From the NCBI GenBank assembly GCA_965203805.1, contig OZ241917.1, forward strand, positions 4,512,001 to 4,576,000: DNA of 64,000 nucleotides, in the 5' to 3' direction. The position numbers were made by a program, and so were the translations under genes. Within the stretch, counting starts at the first letter, position 1. Every line of letters begins with the position of its first letter. Positions 61,605 to 64,000 of the stretch are shown here, piece after piece. The notes under the pieces were generated by a model. The model searched no databases. It worked only from the letters and a program-made list of their open reading frames with translations, and was not told the origin of the DNA. The DNA comes from Candidatus Latescibacterota bacterium. Its GTDB lineage: Bacteria; Latescibacterota; UBA2968; GCA-2709665.

Positions 61605-62222
61605 ATGGACAATTACGATCCGTTTCAGGCGGTCCATCAGTTACGTGCGTGGATTAAACAAACGGTTTCAGCTGCGAATGAAAGTGCCTCCGCCGACGCG
61701 AGAAAAAGATACGGTAGAATAACGAAGGCTATTGAGGAGCTACAAGGTCTGGACATATCCGTACCAGAAGAATTAATTTCTGAAAAACGAGCGATTAAAG
61801 AATTCATCGCCGCATCCCGTGAAACAAAATCGCTGACGAAATTGGCAGATGAACTCTCGATATTGGCAAGAGAAGTGGATCGCCATCTGAGAAGTCTCGA
61901 AATCAAACGGTCAAAAGCCCCTGCCCAAAAGCTGCGAGTTAGGTTTCCAGATGGAACGGTTATATTTGAGAAGAAAGCCGTAGAGACTTTCGTGAAGTCA
62001 ATCCAATATGTTGGCTTAGATCGTGTTTCGGAATTGACGTCAATCAAGAGCCACGGTGGACATCCGATTGTATCACGAAGAAAAAATGAGTCAGCGGGAA
62101 TGGTGCGAGAAATAAACGGATATTATATTGAAACGAAATCCAGCACCGAACTGAAGGCAAGACATATTCAGGAAATTGCGCGTGGACTAAGTGTCGAGAT
62201 TTCGGTTGAGTGCGTAGATTGA
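61605..62222 (+). CDS. Hypothetical protein
   Basis: AAGGAG RBS; coiled N-terminus, L.V.FPDG.VI C-terminal domain. Confidence 0.7.
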   Translation: MDNYDPFQAVHQLRAWIKQTVSAANESASADARKRYGRITKAIEELQGLDISVPEELISEKRAIKEFIAASRETKSLTKLADELSILAREVDRHLRSLEIKRSKAPAQKLRVRFPDGTVIFEKKAVETFVKSIQYVGLDRVSELTSIKSHGGHPIVSRRKNESAGMVREINGYYIETKSSTELKARHIQEIARGLSVEISVECVD

Positions 62223-62270
62223 ACGCTGCCCGTTGGAACTGCTAACGGCTTGATATTTCTGGGAGACACC

Positions 62271-64000
62271 ATGCCGAGTGACTACGAAAAAATCTGCAAC
62301 GATAACATACGTCGCCGAGGCGAGGAATTCGACGACATTGGACGGCTTATCTCAGAACAGTTATACAGCGACAGATCCCACTTCATATACGAACTGCTAC
62401 AGAATGCCGAAGATGCGTTGGCTAGACGCTTCAACAAACATCCAGGCGACACTTCTCGTTGTGCAGTTCAATTTCGACTCTTCAGTGACAGACTGGAATT
62501 CAGGCATTTGGGGGTCCCGTTCGACGAGGATGATGTAAGAGGCGTATCCGATGTACTGAGAGGAACCAAGGAAGAAGACTTCTCTCAGATCGGCAAATTC
62601 GGGATCGGCTTCAAGTCAGTTTACGCTTTTACTGCATCCCCTGAAATCCATTCCGGGGACGAACACTTTGTAGTCAAACGATTTATCCGCCCTGAAGCAA
62701 AAAACCCAGATCATGGTCTTTCAATAGCACCTGACGAGACTGTCTTCGTTTTTCCTTTCGATCACGAAGTTCTGTCATCCGCTAAGGCCTATAGTCTCAT
62801 TTTGGAAAAGTTGCGGCGACTCGGTCCAGGAGTATTGCTGTTCTTAAGACGGATTGACGAAATCGCATGGACAGTTGAACCAGGTGAGGAAGAGGGTCAC
62901 TATCTTAAGGAAACGGCACAAGCCGCGATGACGGGAAACGCACGCCGAATTACCGTGGTTGGTCAGAAAAACGGTGCGGAGGACGAGGAGAATTGGATTG
63001 TCTTTGAACGGCTAGTGGCGGTACCAGATAAGAGTGGTCAGATACCCGTTGAAATAGGATATCGGATCGATACTAACAAAAAAGATGGGAAAGAAAGCAT
63101 CGTAGCGATCGATCGATCACCGCTGGTTGTCTATTTCCCGACACAAAAAGATACAAGTTTCGGTTTCCTGATCCAGGGTCCTTACCAGCCGACAACCGCA
63201 CGTGACAATATCCTTAGTGATGATAATTGGAACGAAAAGCTAATTGCGGAAACTGCCGAGTTGGTCGTCGAGTCGCTTCAACATTTGAAGGAGATGGGTT
63301 TGCTATCGGTATCGGCATTAACAGCGTTGCCGATTAAGTTTTCAGATTCGTATTACATCTATAGTGATGGTCATTATTACAACGAATTCCATTCCGTCTA
63401 TACGAGAGTGCGGGATGCATTCAAGGAAGGAGACCTACTCCCAGCTAATGACGGCACGTCTGTCTCTGCGCGTAATGCCAAGCTCGCCCGCGGGTCAGCA
63501 CTACTGAAGATTCTGAATCAAGCACAACTCAGTGAATTGTTCCAGTCTAACGGTAATATTAAGTGGCTGTCAGATGAGATCACACAAGACCGCACGCCTG
63601 ATCTACGTTCCTATTTGATGCAAGAACTCAATGTTGAGGAAGTTGACCCGGAAGTGTTCGCTCGAAATCTATCCAGACGATTTCTCGCGAGTCAGGATGA
63701 CGAATGGTTGATTGAACTCTATAAGTTCCTGGTTGAACAGGAAGCACTGTGGCGTACCCCTCGATGGGAGAACGATGAAGGTGGCATTCTTCGCAAGAAG
63801 CCTATATTGCGTCTTCAGGACGGATCACATGTCAATCCGTTTCGAAATGACGGCTCGCCAAATGCCTACTTGCCAATAGGAGAAGATTCGGAGACCTCTC
63901 TACCGATTGTGAAAGTAGAGTTGGCTCAGAATAATGTAGCAAAGGATTTCTTGCAACAGCTTGGCATCCCGGTACTGGATATTGTTGCAGAGGTTGTTGA
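62271..64000 (+). CDS. Sacsin-like N-terminal HATPase (GHKL) protein, partial (runs off window end)
   Basis: GGGAG RBS; HFIYELLQNAEDA, IGKFGIGFKSVY, YFPT, FLIQGPY; not in the ORF track because no stop is reached. Confidence 0.85.
   Translation, partial: MPSDYEKICNDNIRRRGEEFDDIGRLISEQLYSDRSHFIYELLQNAEDALARRFNKHPGDTSRCAVQFRLFSDRLEFRHLGVPFDEDDVRGVSDVLRGTKEEDFSQIGKFGIGFKSVYAFTASPEIHSGDEHFVVKRFIRPEAKNPDHGLSIAPDETVFVFPFDHEVLSSAKAYSLILEKLRRLGPGVLLFLRRIDEIAWTVEPGEEEGHYLKETAQAAMTGNARRITVVGQKNGAEDEENWIVFERLVAVPDKSGQIPVEIGYRIDTNKKDGKESIVAIDRSPLVVYFPTQKDTSFGFLIQGPYQPTTARDNILSDDNWNEKLIAETAELVVESLQHLKEMGLLSVSALTALPIKFSDSYYIYSDGHYYNEFHSVYTRVRDAFKEGDLLPANDGTSVSARNAKLARGSALLKILNQAQLSELFQSNGNIKWLSDEITQDRTPDLRSYLMQELNVEEVDPEVFARNLSRRFLASQDDEWLIELYKFLVEQEALWRTPRWENDEGGILRKKPILRLQDGSHVNPFRNDGSPNAYLPIGEDSETSLPIVKVELAQNNVAKDFLQQLGIPVLDIVAEVV

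Overview
GC-rich bacterial window in three parts. (1) 1-12.3 kb and 16.8-20.6 kb: ordinary genes. These are two PhyH-type dioxygenases, an M55 aminopeptidase, a DUF4838 protein, a 7-heme cytochrome, an outer-membrane barrel, a Gfo/Idh/MocA oxidoreductase, a heparinase II/III-like lyase and an ECF sigma/anti-sigma locus. A low-GC accessory patch lies between them at 12.5-16 kb. (2) 20.6-57.2 kb: a defence island bracketed by ~370-bp direct repeats that belong to a REP/REPIN array around a RAYT (TnpA-REP) gene. It holds the three core genes of a restriction-like SNF2-helicase / DUF1156-methylase / DUF499-ATPase system, pulled apart by cargo. The cargo includes HigBA, four ABC-ATPase modules (one a PHP-ATPase), MNT/HEPN remnants, a cargo-bearing IS1595 and two IS630. 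(3) 57.7-64 kb: a second SNF2 helicase, a PIN TA pair and a sacsin-like ATPase. Most notable: a REP-flanked RAYT sits in frame inside the methylase; a 19-20 bp palindrome (CCTGCCTGC[C]GGCAGGCAGG) has independently frameshifted both IS630 transposases and also sits in a REP right after the RAYT; the IS1595 cargo holds two paralogous antisense-overlapping ORF pairs; and a collapsed NYN gene lies next to a candidate small RNA whose promoter was hit by the IS1595. Family assignments come from motif recognition by eye; no database searches were run.
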